Of a stretch of 64,000 nucleotides of DNA, positions 52,624 through 62,857 are shown piece after piece. Source of the DNA: Candidatus Bathyarchaeota archaeon (GTDB lineage Archaea > Thermoproteota > Bathyarchaeia > Bathyarchaeales > Bathycorpusculaceae); assembly GCA_963695285.1 (NCBI GenBank), contig OY968763.1:950859-1014858 (forward strand), given 5' to 3'. The notes below the pieces were generated by a model. That model was not told the DNA's origin, made no database searches, and worked only from the letters and a program-made list of their open reading frames with translations. Position 1 is the stretch's first letter; each line of letters opens with the position of its first letter. Made by a program: the position numbers and the translations under genes.

Positions 52624-53473
52624 TTAGCTTGGATTTGATGCGTATTTTGTTCTGAACCTGTTTTGGGCAGCTTTAAAATCGTTTCTGATGGATTCGTTTT
52701 CTGATTGGGCTTGTGCTGCTTGTTGCTTCTCTGCTGTGCCCTTTACTTCCAGTAGCTTGTCGGCGCATTCTTTAGCTTCCTCTTTTCGGTTAAGCCTTGC
52801 CAACATTATTCCTTTTCCAAGCAGTGCATCTGTGAAGTCAGGTTTAAGCCGAAGTGCTTGCTCAAAAGACGCCAGAGCTTTCTGGTAATCTGCCAGGTTT
52901 CCCCACATGAGTCCGATGTAGTAGTCGATTCTGGCGTCAGTTGGTCTTTGCTTTTTTGCGTCTTCATAGACATTTGAGTGCGTCTTCAAACCGTTTGAGT
53001 CTTTGAAGAGCAATAGCTAAGCCCAAACGGAACTCCAAGTTATCAGGATTCAACTCCACTGCTTTGACGAAGCATTCAACTGCTTTATCATTCAAATTCA
53101 TTGAGGTATAGGTGGCTGCTTTTAGGCGCCATGCATCCGCAAATTGGGAGTCTATTTCGATTATTCTGTCATAGCATTTGATTGCTTCGCTGTATCTGCC
53201 CTGTTTGCCATAGATTACGCCTTTTATGAGCCAAGCGTCAACATAGTTATTTTGGAGTGCAAGGGCTTCTTCAAGTGACATTAGTGCGCTTTCATATTTG
53301 CCAGCGCTTTCGTAGGCTACCGCGTTTTTGAGTTTGATGGCTGCGTTTGAGAACGTTGACAATCCATTGCTTGCGTTTCGGTCAAACATGTCATCAATCT
53401 CTTGGTTCTTTGCAGTTAGAGAAGAGACACAAGGGACAACTTGATTTATAGCTAATCGCCCTAAAAAATGCAA
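52624..53473 (-). CDS. Tetratricopeptide repeat protein, frameshifted
   Basis: AW..KG...GRYSEAIKCYD type repeats in both ORF pieces. Confidence 0.8.
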
Positions 53474-53621
53474 AATACCCTCGGGGAAGGATTGGGTTTA
53501 CAATGCCTGTTGATAAAACGCTTCTGCATGGTTAATCTTCGCAGGGTAAAGAACCATATAAAATGCGGAAGAAAAGATTTTTTGGTATAAATACCAGACT
53601 ATTACTGACCAAATGTGTACC

Positions 53622-54119
53622 TTAAAGTTCGATTATTCTTGCCTCACTCTTAGCGGTATCTAAAATCGCTAATGTGGGTTTTCCTGTTAGGTACCCGCAG
53701 AGTTCGCCGGGGTTTATGGATAGGGTTTTGCCTTTTTGCTCGATGCCCCTGTTGTGTGAGTGTCCATGGATTACGGCGTTAAAGTATCCGCTGTCGATTA
53801 TGGCGTCCAGAAGTTCGGTTTCGTGGCCATGCAGCAGGGCGATTCTGTAGACGTCTATGGTTACTTGGGTGAAGCGGTCGTGGATTGTGCAGTTGGAGGT
53901 TTCGCTGAAGCGTTTTTTTAGGAGTTCATGGTCGCCGTCGTTGTTGCCAAAAACGCCGATGAGCGGACAGTTTAACGCTTTGAATTTGGGGATAACAAAA
54001 CCCGCCACGTAGTCGCCAGCATGCAGCACCAACCCGACTTTCTGGTCATTTAGGATTTGTACCGCTTTTTCTATCCGCGGTAAATTATCATGAGTATCTG
54101 AGATTGCACCAATCAACAT
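53622..54119 (-). CDS. YfcE/MJ0936-family metallophosphoesterase
   Basis: SDTH, HAGD, GNND, HGH, GHSH, NPG. Confidence 0.92.
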   Translation of the reverse strand: MLIGAISDTHDNLPRIEKAVQILNDQKVGLVLHAGDYVAGFVIPKFKALNCPLIGVFGNNDGDHELLKKRFSETSNCTIHDRFTQVTIDVYRIALLHGHETELLDAIIDSGYFNAVIHGHSHNRGIEQKGKTLSINPGELCGYLTGKPTLAILDTAKSEARIIEL

Positions 54120-54340
54120 GCAAATTCACACCAATGTTTTTTCTCACCTAAAGAAATAAAGGTTTACTAATGCTCAATAAAGGAAGCGTTTGAAACATTA
54201 AATAACAAAAACCTATAGTCATGCAAAACAACCCAGCGTTGAATTAAAGCCTTAAAAAGAAAGCCCAACATTAAAGGGAAGAATAGAAGTGACAAACAAT
54301 AACGAGCGGTAAATTAGATAGAAGAGATAAACTCGGCATT

Positions 54341-54619
54341 ATGGCGGACATCATAGAGATAGCTAAAGAAGGTACCCTCAAAACACAAATAATGTACAAA
54401 GCAAACCTTAGCTTCACACAACTAAACAGTTACCTGACCTTTTTGCTGGAAAACAATTTAATAACCCACACAATTTATGACGGCAGAGAAGGGTACGTGA
54501 TTACGGAGCAAGGCAAAGACTTTCTCCAAAAACACAGCGAATTAATCCAAATGCTTGAAAGCCACGGCGGCACCAAAAAAATCGCATTTTCCCCTGCGAG
54601 CCCTCTTAAAAAAACCTAA
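54341..54619 (+). CDS. Archaeal winged-helix DNA-binding protein (true start probably upstream)
   Basis: KTQIMYKANLS...YLTFL...ITEQG; in-frame RRDKL upstream of the ATG. Confidence 0.8.
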   Translation: MADIIEIAKEGTLKTQIMYKANLSFTQLNSYLTFLLENNLITHTIYDGREGYVITEQGKDFLQKHSELIQMLESHGGTKKIAFSPASPLKKT

Positions 54620-54627
54620 CCTACATT

Positions 54628-55344
54628 TCAATAACGCTCAAGCACCACAGGCAATTCGCTTAGGCTCTTTATGGTTTGGTCAGGATAAAACTTCCCGATT
54701 TCCTGTAAACGGCGCTCGATATAGATGGTTTTCATGCCAACAGCTTTTGGTCCCTCAATGTCAGCATCAATGGTGTCGCCCACAAAAGCTGCCTCAGATG
54801 AAGAAACCCCCAGCATTTTCAAGGCGCTTTTGAAGATTTCTGGGCTTGGCTTGCGCTTGTTCACGGCAGCAGAAACCACAACCACATCAAACAACCCGTC
54901 CAAGTTGCTGGCTTTAAGCAGTTTAAGCACGCATTCGGGGATGGCAAAGTTGGAGACTACGCCCAGTTTGTATTTGCCGTGTAGATGTCTAAGCGTGGCT
55001 TCAGCATCCGTGTCGATGCGGACGTACTTCATGAATTCTTCACAGAACTCGTTTGTGGCTTGGGTCACAAGAGGGCTTGAAACATCGTAGTTGTAGCCTA
55101 AACTTTTCAATGCTTCAAAAACTCGGACATTGAAGTGGGGTTCCTCAAAATTCAAATCTGCCTTGGCATAAAGACAGTCACGCGCCTCAACGTAGGCGGC
55201 ATTGAACTTGTCGAAGGGCACATCTATGCCTTTCTCATTGAGGTATCGGTACATCCTCATCAGGGACGGGCTGTAGAACTCATGATTCTTTTCAATGAGC
55301 ATCAGCGTGTCGAACATGTCAAATAAAACGGCTTTAATCGGCAT
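54628..55344 (-). CDS. HAD-superfamily hydrolase
   Basis: FDMFDTL, VSN, KP, VGDTIDADI. Confidence 0.9.
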   Translation of the reverse strand: MPIKAVLFDMFDTLMLIEKNHEFYSPSLMRMYRYLNEKGIDVPFDKFNAAYVEARDCLYAKADLNFEEPHFNVRVFEALKSLGYNYDVSSPLVTQATNEFCEEFMKYVRIDTDAEATLRHLHGKYKLGVVSNFAIPECVLKLLKASNLDGLFDVVVVSAAVNKRKPSPEIFKSALKMLGVSSSEAAFVGDTIDADIEGPKAVGMKTIYIERRLQEIGKFYPDQTIKSLSELPVVLERY

Positions 55345-55394
55345 TGGGGTTCCTAACTTTAACGCTGGTTGAACCTTAAAATTCTTATCGCACC

Positions 55395-56675
55395 CTAAAC
55401 CGGTTTTTTCTCATATTGCTCCTTCAACTTTTTCCGCACCGCGTAGATGGCTGTTCCAACAACCAGAAAAACAACGCCGATTATCCAGGCATCTGTTGAA
55501 GCTAAAAAGATAAACATCAACAACAAAAGGCACGTTGCCAACCCCAGCAACGGCACAAACCTGCGCCAACCGCTCCCATTCTTAAGTTTGAAGGCCGCCA
55601 CGTTAGTGATTGAATAATTGAACAAAAGCGCAAAAGTGCTAATCGCCACAACCCTGTTTAAATCCACAAACAAAACCAAAACCGCCATCAACACACCACT
55701 GACCAAAATCGAGTAGTAGGGCGTGAAAAATCTGCTGTGCAAACGAGAGAGGGCAAAGGGCAAATCTTTTCGTCTCGCCATCGAATACGCCATTCGAGAA
55801 ACACCTAAAATCGAAGTAAGCAGGACGCTTGCGGTAGCTACCAATCCGCCTACAGATATTATTTGAATCGCCAGCGTATTACCTGTAGTACCAATTGCTG
55901 TGCTTAAAGGCGAAGGCGAACCTGCGAGCCCAGTGGAGCCAACTAAACCAACGGCGACTAACCCGACTAGAATATAAATTGCCATGGAAATTCCAAGCGA
56001 CAAAAGCATTGCGCGAGGCACGTTCCGCTTTGCATCTTTGACTTCCTCAGCAACCACCGCGACCCGTGCAAATCCTCCGTATGCGAAGAAAATGAAGAAT
56101 GCACCATACAGTACCCCGCTTGATAAGGGCACAAACGGAGCAAAATTGCCTGCACTTACATGGAAAACACCGAAAATCACAAAAAACGCCAGAATCGCAA
56201 GTTTGATGGTGACAAGAACGTTGTTAACGCTTGAGGACTCTTTTGCGCCGACCAGATTCAAAGCCGTAAACGCCAAACACATTGCAGCCGCAACGTATCC
56301 TGTGGGCAAACTGGGAAAAGCCGCAGTTAAATAATAGGCAAACCCAAGCGAAACTGCTGCTCCCGTAAACGTGTTGGCAACCATCCACATCCAGCCAGCC
56401 AGAAACCCAGCGTAGGGCGAAACCAGCTGGCGCCCATACTCGTATACGCTTCCTTCTACTGGCTGCCAAGCCGTCAACTTTGCAAAACTCAGTGCAGTGA
56501 GGAACGCGATGATGCCGGAGATAATCATGGAAACCACAAGTGCTGAACCAGCGTAGCCGGCAACGATGCCTGTGACAACGAAGATTCCGCCGCCTATGAT
56601 TGCGCCAACGTTGATGGCGACGGCGCTCCATAAACCGATTGAACGCTTCAGTTTTGGGGGTTCTTGGTTTTCCAC
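55395..56675 (-). CDS. APC-family amino acid permease
   Basis: GAIIGGGIF, FFAYGGF, about 12 TM helices. Confidence 0.9.
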   Translation of the reverse strand: MENQEPPKLKRSIGLWSAVAINVGAIIGGGIFVVTGIVAGYAGSALVVSMIISGIIAFLTALSFAKLTAWQPVEGSVYEYGRQLVSPYAGFLAGWMWMVANTFTGAAVSLGFAYYLTAAFPSLPTGYVAAAMCLAFTALNLVGAKESSSVNNVLVTIKLAILAFFVIFGVFHVSAGNFAPFVPLSSGVLYGAFFIFFAYGGFARVAVVAEEVKDAKRNVPRAMLLSLGISMAIYILVGLVAVGLVGSTGLAGSPSPLSTAIGTTGNTLAIQIISVGGLVATASVLLTSILGVSRMAYSMARRKDLPFALSRLHSRFFTPYYSILVSGVLMAVLVLFVDLNRVVAISTFALLFNYSITNVAAFKLKNGSGWRRFVPLLGLATCLLLLMFIFLASTDAWIIGVVFLVVGTAIYAVRKKLKEQYEKKPV

Positions 56676-56857
56676 TGTTAGTCACTGTTAAGTGAAAGAA
56701 TCAATAAATTGCTTATTAAAAGCTTGTAAGGTACAACATTAGCTATTTAACATTCTCAAATGATTTCTTTCGGTTGAAACACCAAGTTTTGTATCTTAGC
56801 CTCCAAAAAACCTAGAAAGCACAGCAATTTGTTAAATGGCTGCGTTTTCGGTTCTTT

Positions 56858-58606
56858 GTGGAAACGCGCCAACTGCCACATCTGAAGATTTGTTATATTA
56901 GAAAAACTTTTATGCGTACCGACCTAATCTTAATTAGGGGTGTAAATAAGATAGCAAGTTCTATCGATGTTACCCAGCAGAAGGCGAATAAGCAGATTCC
57001 TTCTTTGAACCATTCTTTGCAGAAGCGGTCCCAAATTAAAGATTACGTTGATTTAAGTGAAGGTTTTCTTGAAGAATTAGGTGTAAACAGGCTGCAGTTC
57101 AAAATTTTAGTTGACAATCTTCCTCAAGCCGCAGGCGTTTACAGAATGCTCTATGACAAGAAAGGCAAGCCAGTTGACTATGTTCTCCTTGAAAGCAACA
57201 AGGCATATGACAAAATTCATTTTTTTAAAAGAGAACGAGTCGGAAAAAAAGCCACACTTTTCATCCCTGAACTAAAAAACGATTCAATAGACTGGATAGG
57301 AATCTATGGGGAAGTAGCTACTTCCGGCATGCAAAAGAATTTTGAAATCTACTGCAAGACAGAAGATCGATGGTTTCAAATCTACGCTTACAGCCCAAAG
57401 AAGAGGTTTTTTATTTCTATCTTTATGGATATAACTGAACAAAAAAAGAGGGCTGCGCGTGAACTTGAGGAACAAAAGAAATCCGAGCAGAAACTCATGT
57501 TTTCAGAAAAAAGGTACCGCAGACTCTACGAAACAACACAAGACGGAATCATGGCGCGAGATCCTCAGGGAAAAATGATTGATTGCAACATAGCCTACGC
57601 CAAAATGCTCGGTTACTCAAGAAAAGAACTAAGAAACATGACAATTAGGCAGTTGTTGCCTGAGAAGTGGCATGAACAAAGAGACAAAATCGTTAAAAAA
57701 GTCCTGCAAACCGGCCACTCCATCGTGTTTGAAAGAGAATACCAGCGGAAGGACGGCTCGGTTTTTCCGGCATCTGTTAGAACTTGGCGGTTAACTGATG
57801 GAAAAGGAAAAATTGTAGGCATATGGTCCATCGTTCGGGATATCACCGAGCAGAAGGAACTGCAAAAAAACCTTGAAGAACATGCCGGCATCTTGGAAAA
57901 AATCATTGAGGATCGAACAAAGCAGCTTAAAGATTCGGAGCGTCTAGTGACTATTGGTCAAACTGCAGGTATGGTTGGGCATGACCTTCGCAATCCGTTG
58001 CAGACCGTTATCGGCGAATTGTACTTGGCGAAAAATGAAGTTAAATCCCTTAGCGAAGGGGAAGTTAAAAGCAACCTGCAAGAGAGCATTCAGGTAATCG
58101 AAGAGCAAGCGGTTTACATGGATAAGATTGTTTCTGACCTGCAAGCTTTCGTGCAACCCGTCAAAATAGACAAAAAACCGCTCAGGCTAAAAGAATTGGT
58201 AAACAACGTTTTGGCGTCTGTTGCCGCACCAAACAACATTATTGTGAAAACAAAAATTGACAGTGATTTTCCCCAGATAAAAGCTGATCTCCACCTTATG
58301 AGACGTGTATTAATTAATCTAGTAACCAATTCGATGCAGGCTATGCCTGACGGCGGCAAATTAACTTTAACTGGAAAAGTTAACCCTGAAGGACAAGTCT
58401 TAGTTACCGTGCAGGATACGGGTGTTGGGATAGCTGACTCTATTAAAAACCAGATTTTCACTCCTCTCTTCACCACTAAGCCGCGTGGGCAAGGATTCGG
58501 TTTAGCGGTGTGCAAACGGGTTATTGAAGCGCACGGCGGCACCATCAGCTTCGAAAGCACTGCGGGAAAAGGAACAAAATTCTCAATTCAGTTTCCCGCT
58601 AATTAA
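56858..58606 (+). CDS. Cytoplasmic PAS-domain sensor histidine kinase
   Basis: Two PAS/PAC domains, HDLRNPL, NLVTNS, DTGVG, FTTK, GFGL. Confidence 0.92.
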   Translation: METRQLPHLKICYIRKTFMRTDLILIRGVNKIASSIDVTQQKANKQIPSLNHSLQKRSQIKDYVDLSEGFLEELGVNRLQFKILVDNLPQAAGVYRMLYDKKGKPVDYVLLESNKAYDKIHFFKRERVGKKATLFIPELKNDSIDWIGIYGEVATSGMQKNFEIYCKTEDRWFQIYAYSPKKRFFISIFMDITEQKKRAARELEEQKKSEQKLMFSEKRYRRLYETTQDGIMARDPQGKMIDCNIAYAKMLGYSRKELRNMTIRQLLPEKWHEQRDKIVKKVLQTGHSIVFEREYQRKDGSVFPASVRTWRLTDGKGKIVGIWSIVRDITEQKELQKNLEEHAGILEKIIEDRTKQLKDSERLVTIGQTAGMVGHDLRNPLQTVIGELYLAKNEVKSLSEGEVKSNLQESIQVIEEQAVYMDKIVSDLQAFVQPVKIDKKPLRLKELVNNVLASVAAPNNIIVKTKIDSDFPQIKADLHLMRRVLINLVTNSMQAMPDGGKLTLTGKVNPEGQVLVTVQDTGVGIADSIKNQIFTPLFTTKPRGQGFGLAVCKRVIEAHGGTISFESTAGKGTKFSIQFPAN

Positions 58607-58908
58607 GGCTCAACCATTTCCTTCTGGTTTGGGGTTCCCTTCAATCTTTGCCTAAGGCTGTAGACAAACGCGATGAACCAGAAGGCAACAGTTGCCCACC
58701 CTAACGCGAAACCAAAAACATTCCCTAAAAGATAGTAAGCTATTTCAAACCCAACGATGGAAACAAACGTCAAAAACGAACCTGCGATGCTGTAGCCGCG
58801 GAGGGCTTTTCTGTTTTTAACTACTGCCCTCAACATTAGGAGTAATGCAACAAAATTTATGACACTTGCAAAATCCAGTACCAAATTCGCTAAACCGATA
58901 GTATCCAT
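58603..58908 (-). CDS. Small three-TM membrane protein
   Basis: Three hydrophobic helices, ATG start. Confidence 0.6.
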   Translation of the reverse strand: MDTIGLANLVLDFASVINFVALLLMLRAVVKNRKALRGYSIAGSFLTFVSIVGFEIAYYLLGNVFGFALGWATVAFWFIAFVYSLRQRLKGTPNQKEMVEP

Positions 58909-59050
58909 TTACATAGTTTCCTAAAGCGAAAACGGTTTGCCGCAACTTAAGATTATCGTAGGGCACCGAGCTCTAAGATGTAAATTACCTTAAATTCCAT
59001 CATAACCATGTTATTTTAATCCGCGAAGGACAAGGGGTGAACAAAAAAAA

Positions 59051-59188
59051 TTGATTTCGCGAGATTGCGATGGCTGCGGACAACAGAGGACCTGCATCAA
59101 ACGCTTCAGCAAAGTTTCTGAAGGCGAAAAAGTCTATTGCCCTGACGGAACAGCGCATTTGGTAGACAACGCAAGCAACAAAACTTAG
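59051..59188 (+). CDS. 45-aa Cys-rich microprotein (putative zinc binder)
   Basis: MISRDCDGCGQQRTC...YCPDGTAHLVD translated by hand; GGGGTGA SD-like upstream. Confidence 0.55.
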   Translation: MISRDCDGCGQQRTCIKRFSKVSEGEKVYCPDGTAHLVDNASNKT

Positions 59189-59350
59189 AAAAAAAGAATA
59201 CCTAAAATATTCTTAACCAAAATTTTTTGTTTTAAACAACCTTTAATTTGTAAATAAATGGGAAAACATGCAATATGGGCGCGTTTTGGGGGAAAGTTAA
59301 AAAACCATAAATGCTTCAATGTGACTATAAGATTGTTCGGGGAGATTCAG

Positions 59351-60052
59351 GTGAAGTCAATTCGAAAATCAGCTATCGTTGCCACAATCACTATTGCTAT
59401 TATCACTTTCGCTCTTCTTAACAGTGGACTTGTTTCCGCCCTTAACCAAGATGAAGCCTCTGTACGAGTTTTCTTCGTTCCCTCGACACTTACACCGGGG
59501 CAATCGGTAACAATACAAATATTTTTCATCACTAACTCCACTGACAATCTCCAAATAACAAATGTAGGTATACATTTTGACTGGATGGCCGCGGATGGCT
59601 TTTACGGTTACGATTTATCTAGTGCCCCCGTCACAATTACAAGCGGCAGCGGCCCCTACGCGTTTCAGTCAATATTTGTTACTGTTCCTTTGAACGTAAC
59701 CGGGGGGGTACACACTTATTTTGTCGGCATTGACGGAAAACAAGGAGCTTCAGCCGCAACTTTTTCCTGGAGTTCTCCTGTAGCAGAGGTAGAAGTTAAT
59801 GGAACCAATACTGGGCCAACACCCACAGCCACAAACTCAGGTGGACAGCCAGCGGGACAATCAAACTTGCTTCTCTACGGAGCAATTGGGGCAGCCGTTG
59901 TAATCGTGGCGCTGCTAATAATTGTTCTTATGGTGCGGAAAAACCGAGCAAAGCCCAAGCAGCCTAAATCTGAAACTAAAGAAGGCACAACCCCACAAGA
60001 GAAACCCAGTCCAGAAAAGAAGCCAAGTCCCGAGCAAGACTTCAATATTTAA
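59351..60052 (+). CDS. Secreted, C-terminally anchored Ig-like protein
   Basis: Signal peptide, beta-rich domain, Pro/Thr linker, TM and charged tail. Confidence 0.7.
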   Translation: MKSIRKSAIVATITIAIITFALLNSGLVSALNQDEASVRVFFVPSTLTPGQSVTIQIFFITNSTDNLQITNVGIHFDWMAADGFYGYDLSSAPVTITSGSGPYAFQSIFVTVPLNVTGGVHTYFVGIDGKQGASAATFSWSSPVAEVEVNGTNTGPTPTATNSGGQPAGQSNLLLYGAIGAAVVIVALLIIVLMVRKNRAKPKQPKSETKEGTTPQEKPSPEKKPSPEQDFNI

Positions 60053-60244
60053 TCCATTTTCAAAAACTGGCGGATAATTTAAATTCGCCTAAAATACACA
60101 CTTTGGTTATCTCTTACATCTGGCATGACTGCACTAATTTTTGTTTCACCTATTCTTTCGGCTTTTTGGCTTTTCAGTTTGTAATAGAAAATTCACGTCT
60201 AAAACACAGCTAAAAATTATTGCTTAATGAAAGGGTACCAATGC

Positions 60245-61807
60245 TCATAGAGTTAGCGGTTGGTTACTTAACTCTCGCTTGGAACTAGTCAAGCCTTTTG
60301 TGTTAAGCAGTTTTACTATGAATTTAGTTCCCCTGCCAACCTCACTTTCAAAACTTATGGCGCCGCCTTGAGCTTCTACTAAACGCTTAACAACAGCCAA
60401 ACCTAAACCCTGACCTTTAGATTTAGTTGTAACCATCGGCTGAAACAGTTTAAGCTTAAGTTCCTCAGGAATGCCAATACCTGTATCCTCCACAGAAATT
60501 AACACATTGCTATCTCTACAGTAAGCCCTGATAGATAATTTGCCGCCCTGCGGCATAGCTTGCACAGCATTCTGAACCAGATTAGTTAATACACGCTTAA
60601 GCATGGAGAAATCAGCTGTAATCAACGGAAAATTCTTCTCAACCTCTATAATAACCTGCAGGTTATTTGGGATGGGGACAATTAACATTACGTCTGCAAT
60701 TACTTTTTCCACGTCAACCTTCTCTAGGCAGGGCAATAAGCGCTTAGAGTAATTTTTTAGGTCTTCAACAATCTTATCAATGTACAGCAAATTTTCTTGG
60801 ATGCTGCTTACGCTTTCCTGCATGCTTTTTTTACGGTTGTCTTCAGGCAAAAAAGCAATATCGCAATCTAACAAGTAAAGGTCACCTGCAATGGACTGTA
60901 ATGGATTGCGAAGGTCATGCCCAACCATACCTGCAGTTTCACCGATAGTTGCCAAGCGTTCTTTCTCTTGAAGCTGTTTAGTTCTTTCCTCAACAAGCTT
61001 TTCTAAATTCTTAGTGTATTGTTCAAGTTTGTTTTCCATTTGTTTACGTTCAGTTATGTCAGTTATTACTCCGCCTAAACCGTAAATTTTTCCCTCTGAG
61101 TCTCTGAGGGGAAACTTGTTAGTTACATATGTTCGCGGAACGTTGTCTATTGGGATGGTTTCCTCGTATCGAAACGATTTCCCTTCATTAAACACCTTTT
61201 TGTCCCAAACCATAATTTTTTCAGCCTCATCTTTGGGGTAGATGTCATAGGGTGTTGTTCCCAGCGCTTTCTCAACAGGCATTTTATAAAGTTTGGATTG
61301 AGTTGTGTTAAGCAGTATCAGTTTTTCATCAAGATCTCGGGCAATAATCACTGCGTCTGTACTGTTGATAACATTCCTGAGCAGCTCTCGGCTTTTATAG
61401 AGTTCATCTTGAGCCTTCTTTCGCTCAGTGACGTCCTTACTATAAACCGTTACCCCATCAGCTGAAGGAAACACAGTAAATTCTTTAAACATACCATGGG
61501 TATAGACAGTTTTCCATTCAAAACGCCTAGTTTCCCGTTTTTCCATTGCTTCAGAATAGCTTTTTTCAACAATGGTTCCCGCTAGCTTGGGAAACATTTT
61601 CCAAATATTTTTGCCAATAATTTCTTTCGGTGGAAAACCGAAGTCTTTTGCGGCGGTTTTGTTAATGTAGAGAAAATTCCAGTTTTTATCCAGTGAGTAC
61701 ATGTAGTCGTCGATGCTTTCGAGGATGTCAGCGGCTATTCTTTGCTTACTCTGCTTTGACTTTTGGGATGACTTCAAGTTACTAGAAGTGTGAGAAGCAT
61801 TAACCAT
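60245..61807 (-). CDS. Cytoplasmic PAS-domain sensor histidine kinase
   Basis: Two PAS domains, HDLRNPL, NLVQNA, DTGIG, GQGLGL. Confidence 0.92.
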   Translation of the reverse strand: MVNASHTSSNLKSSQKSKQSKQRIAADILESIDDYMYSLDKNWNFLYINKTAAKDFGFPPKEIIGKNIWKMFPKLAGTIVEKSYSEAMEKRETRRFEWKTVYTHGMFKEFTVFPSADGVTVYSKDVTERKKAQDELYKSRELLRNVINSTDAVIIARDLDEKLILLNTTQSKLYKMPVEKALGTTPYDIYPKDEAEKIMVWDKKVFNEGKSFRYEETIPIDNVPRTYVTNKFPLRDSEGKIYGLGGVITDITERKQMENKLEQYTKNLEKLVEERTKQLQEKERLATIGETAGMVGHDLRNPLQSIAGDLYLLDCDIAFLPEDNRKKSMQESVSSIQENLLYIDKIVEDLKNYSKRLLPCLEKVDVEKVIADVMLIVPIPNNLQVIIEVEKNFPLITADFSMLKRVLTNLVQNAVQAMPQGGKLSIRAYCRDSNVLISVEDTGIGIPEELKLKLFQPMVTTKSKGQGLGLAVVKRLVEAQGGAISFESEVGRGTKFIVKLLNTKGLTSSKRELSNQPLTL

Positions 61808-61893
61808 AAAATCTATCCCTTAAAGATATACAGATTGTTTAGGAATTAAAGGATTTGCAAGAAAACCAGCATGTAAATTGGATATTTATAGTT

Positions 61894-61971
61894 TGGTGGA
61901 CGAGGCGGGATTTGAACCCGCGACCTCCACGATGCCAACGTGGCGATCATGCCAGACTGATCTACTCGCCC
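61894..61971 (-). tRNA. tRNA-Ala(GGC), CCA encoded
   Basis: GGGCGAG/CTCGTCC acceptor with G3:U70, CCACG-TTGGCAT-CGTGG anticodon arm, GGTTCAAATCC. Confidence 0.95.
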
Positions 61972-62080
61972 AAAGCATCTGGCTTCTAAACTAAAATCCT
62001 CCTCGTTTAATAAGCGTTTCTTATGGCGTCATGCCAAGCCACCAAAAAAGCATCCTCAGCAGAGAAGTCAATTTATGCTT

Positions 62081-62857
62081 TTATTCTATCCTTTTTTTGA
62101 GTACTGCAGTAGCTATCAAGAGAAATATAACAGTGAACAAGAATAACGCGCCAATATCGATAAGGTAAATGTAAGTAACTGCCGAACTGGATAAACAGTT
62201 TTGTAGGGCTTCAATGGAGTAAGTGAGTGGAAGAAAACGGGCAACAACTTGCAACGGTAGAGGGTAAGTCGCCAAAGCTACAAAAGTTCCCGAAAGAAAA
62301 GTCATCGGAAACCTCAAAAAGTTAGCGTACATCTGCGCATCTGGAACCCACTTTGCATAAACAGAAGTTATTATCCCAAGAGCCGAAAACGCCATCGAGG
62401 CAAAGGCAATTGCCACCAAGGCGAGCAATGGATTCATAACAGTTACACCTGAAAAAGCAGCCAGAGGAAAAATGGTGACAGCAGCAAGTATGAGTCCAAA
62501 GAAGAAACCTGCAATTGTTTTTCCCAAAATTATCGTAAATAACGAAACTGGCGCTACCAGTAACCTATCAAAGGTTCCTGTCTGCTTTTCCAAGACAACC
62601 GCCACTGCTTCGATAGAAGTTGTACCAAAGAGCATAGACAGTGAAGAAAGCCCAGCCACTATCAGAACTGGGCTTATATTCCCAGCCATACTAAACGCTA
62701 AGAACAACGAAATTGGAATCAAAAGTCCAAAGGTAAAGTTCGGCGCTTTAAAGTAGTAAACTTTCGCATCTTTCATCGCAATGTAAAATGCTTTAATTAG
62801 CGAGTCAGACCATGACTTAGCCAAGGTTCGCCGCCTTCTTTCCTTGTTCTTTCTCAC
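62081..62857 (-). CDS. ABC-2 type permease
   Basis: EKQTGTFDRLLVAP, FLSGTF, PLTY; about 6 TM helices. Confidence 0.88.
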   Translation of the reverse strand: MRKNKERRRRTLAKSWSDSLIKAFYIAMKDAKVYYFKAPNFTFGLLIPISLFLAFSMAGNISPVLIVAGLSSLSMLFGTTSIEAVAVVLEKQTGTFDRLLVAPVSLFTIILGKTIAGFFFGLILAAVTIFPLAAFSGVTVMNPLLALVAIAFASMAFSALGIITSVYAKWVPDAQMYANFLRFPMTFLSGTFVALATYPLPLQVVARFLPLTYSIEALQNCLSSSAVTYIYLIDIGALFLFTVIFLLIATAVLKKRIE

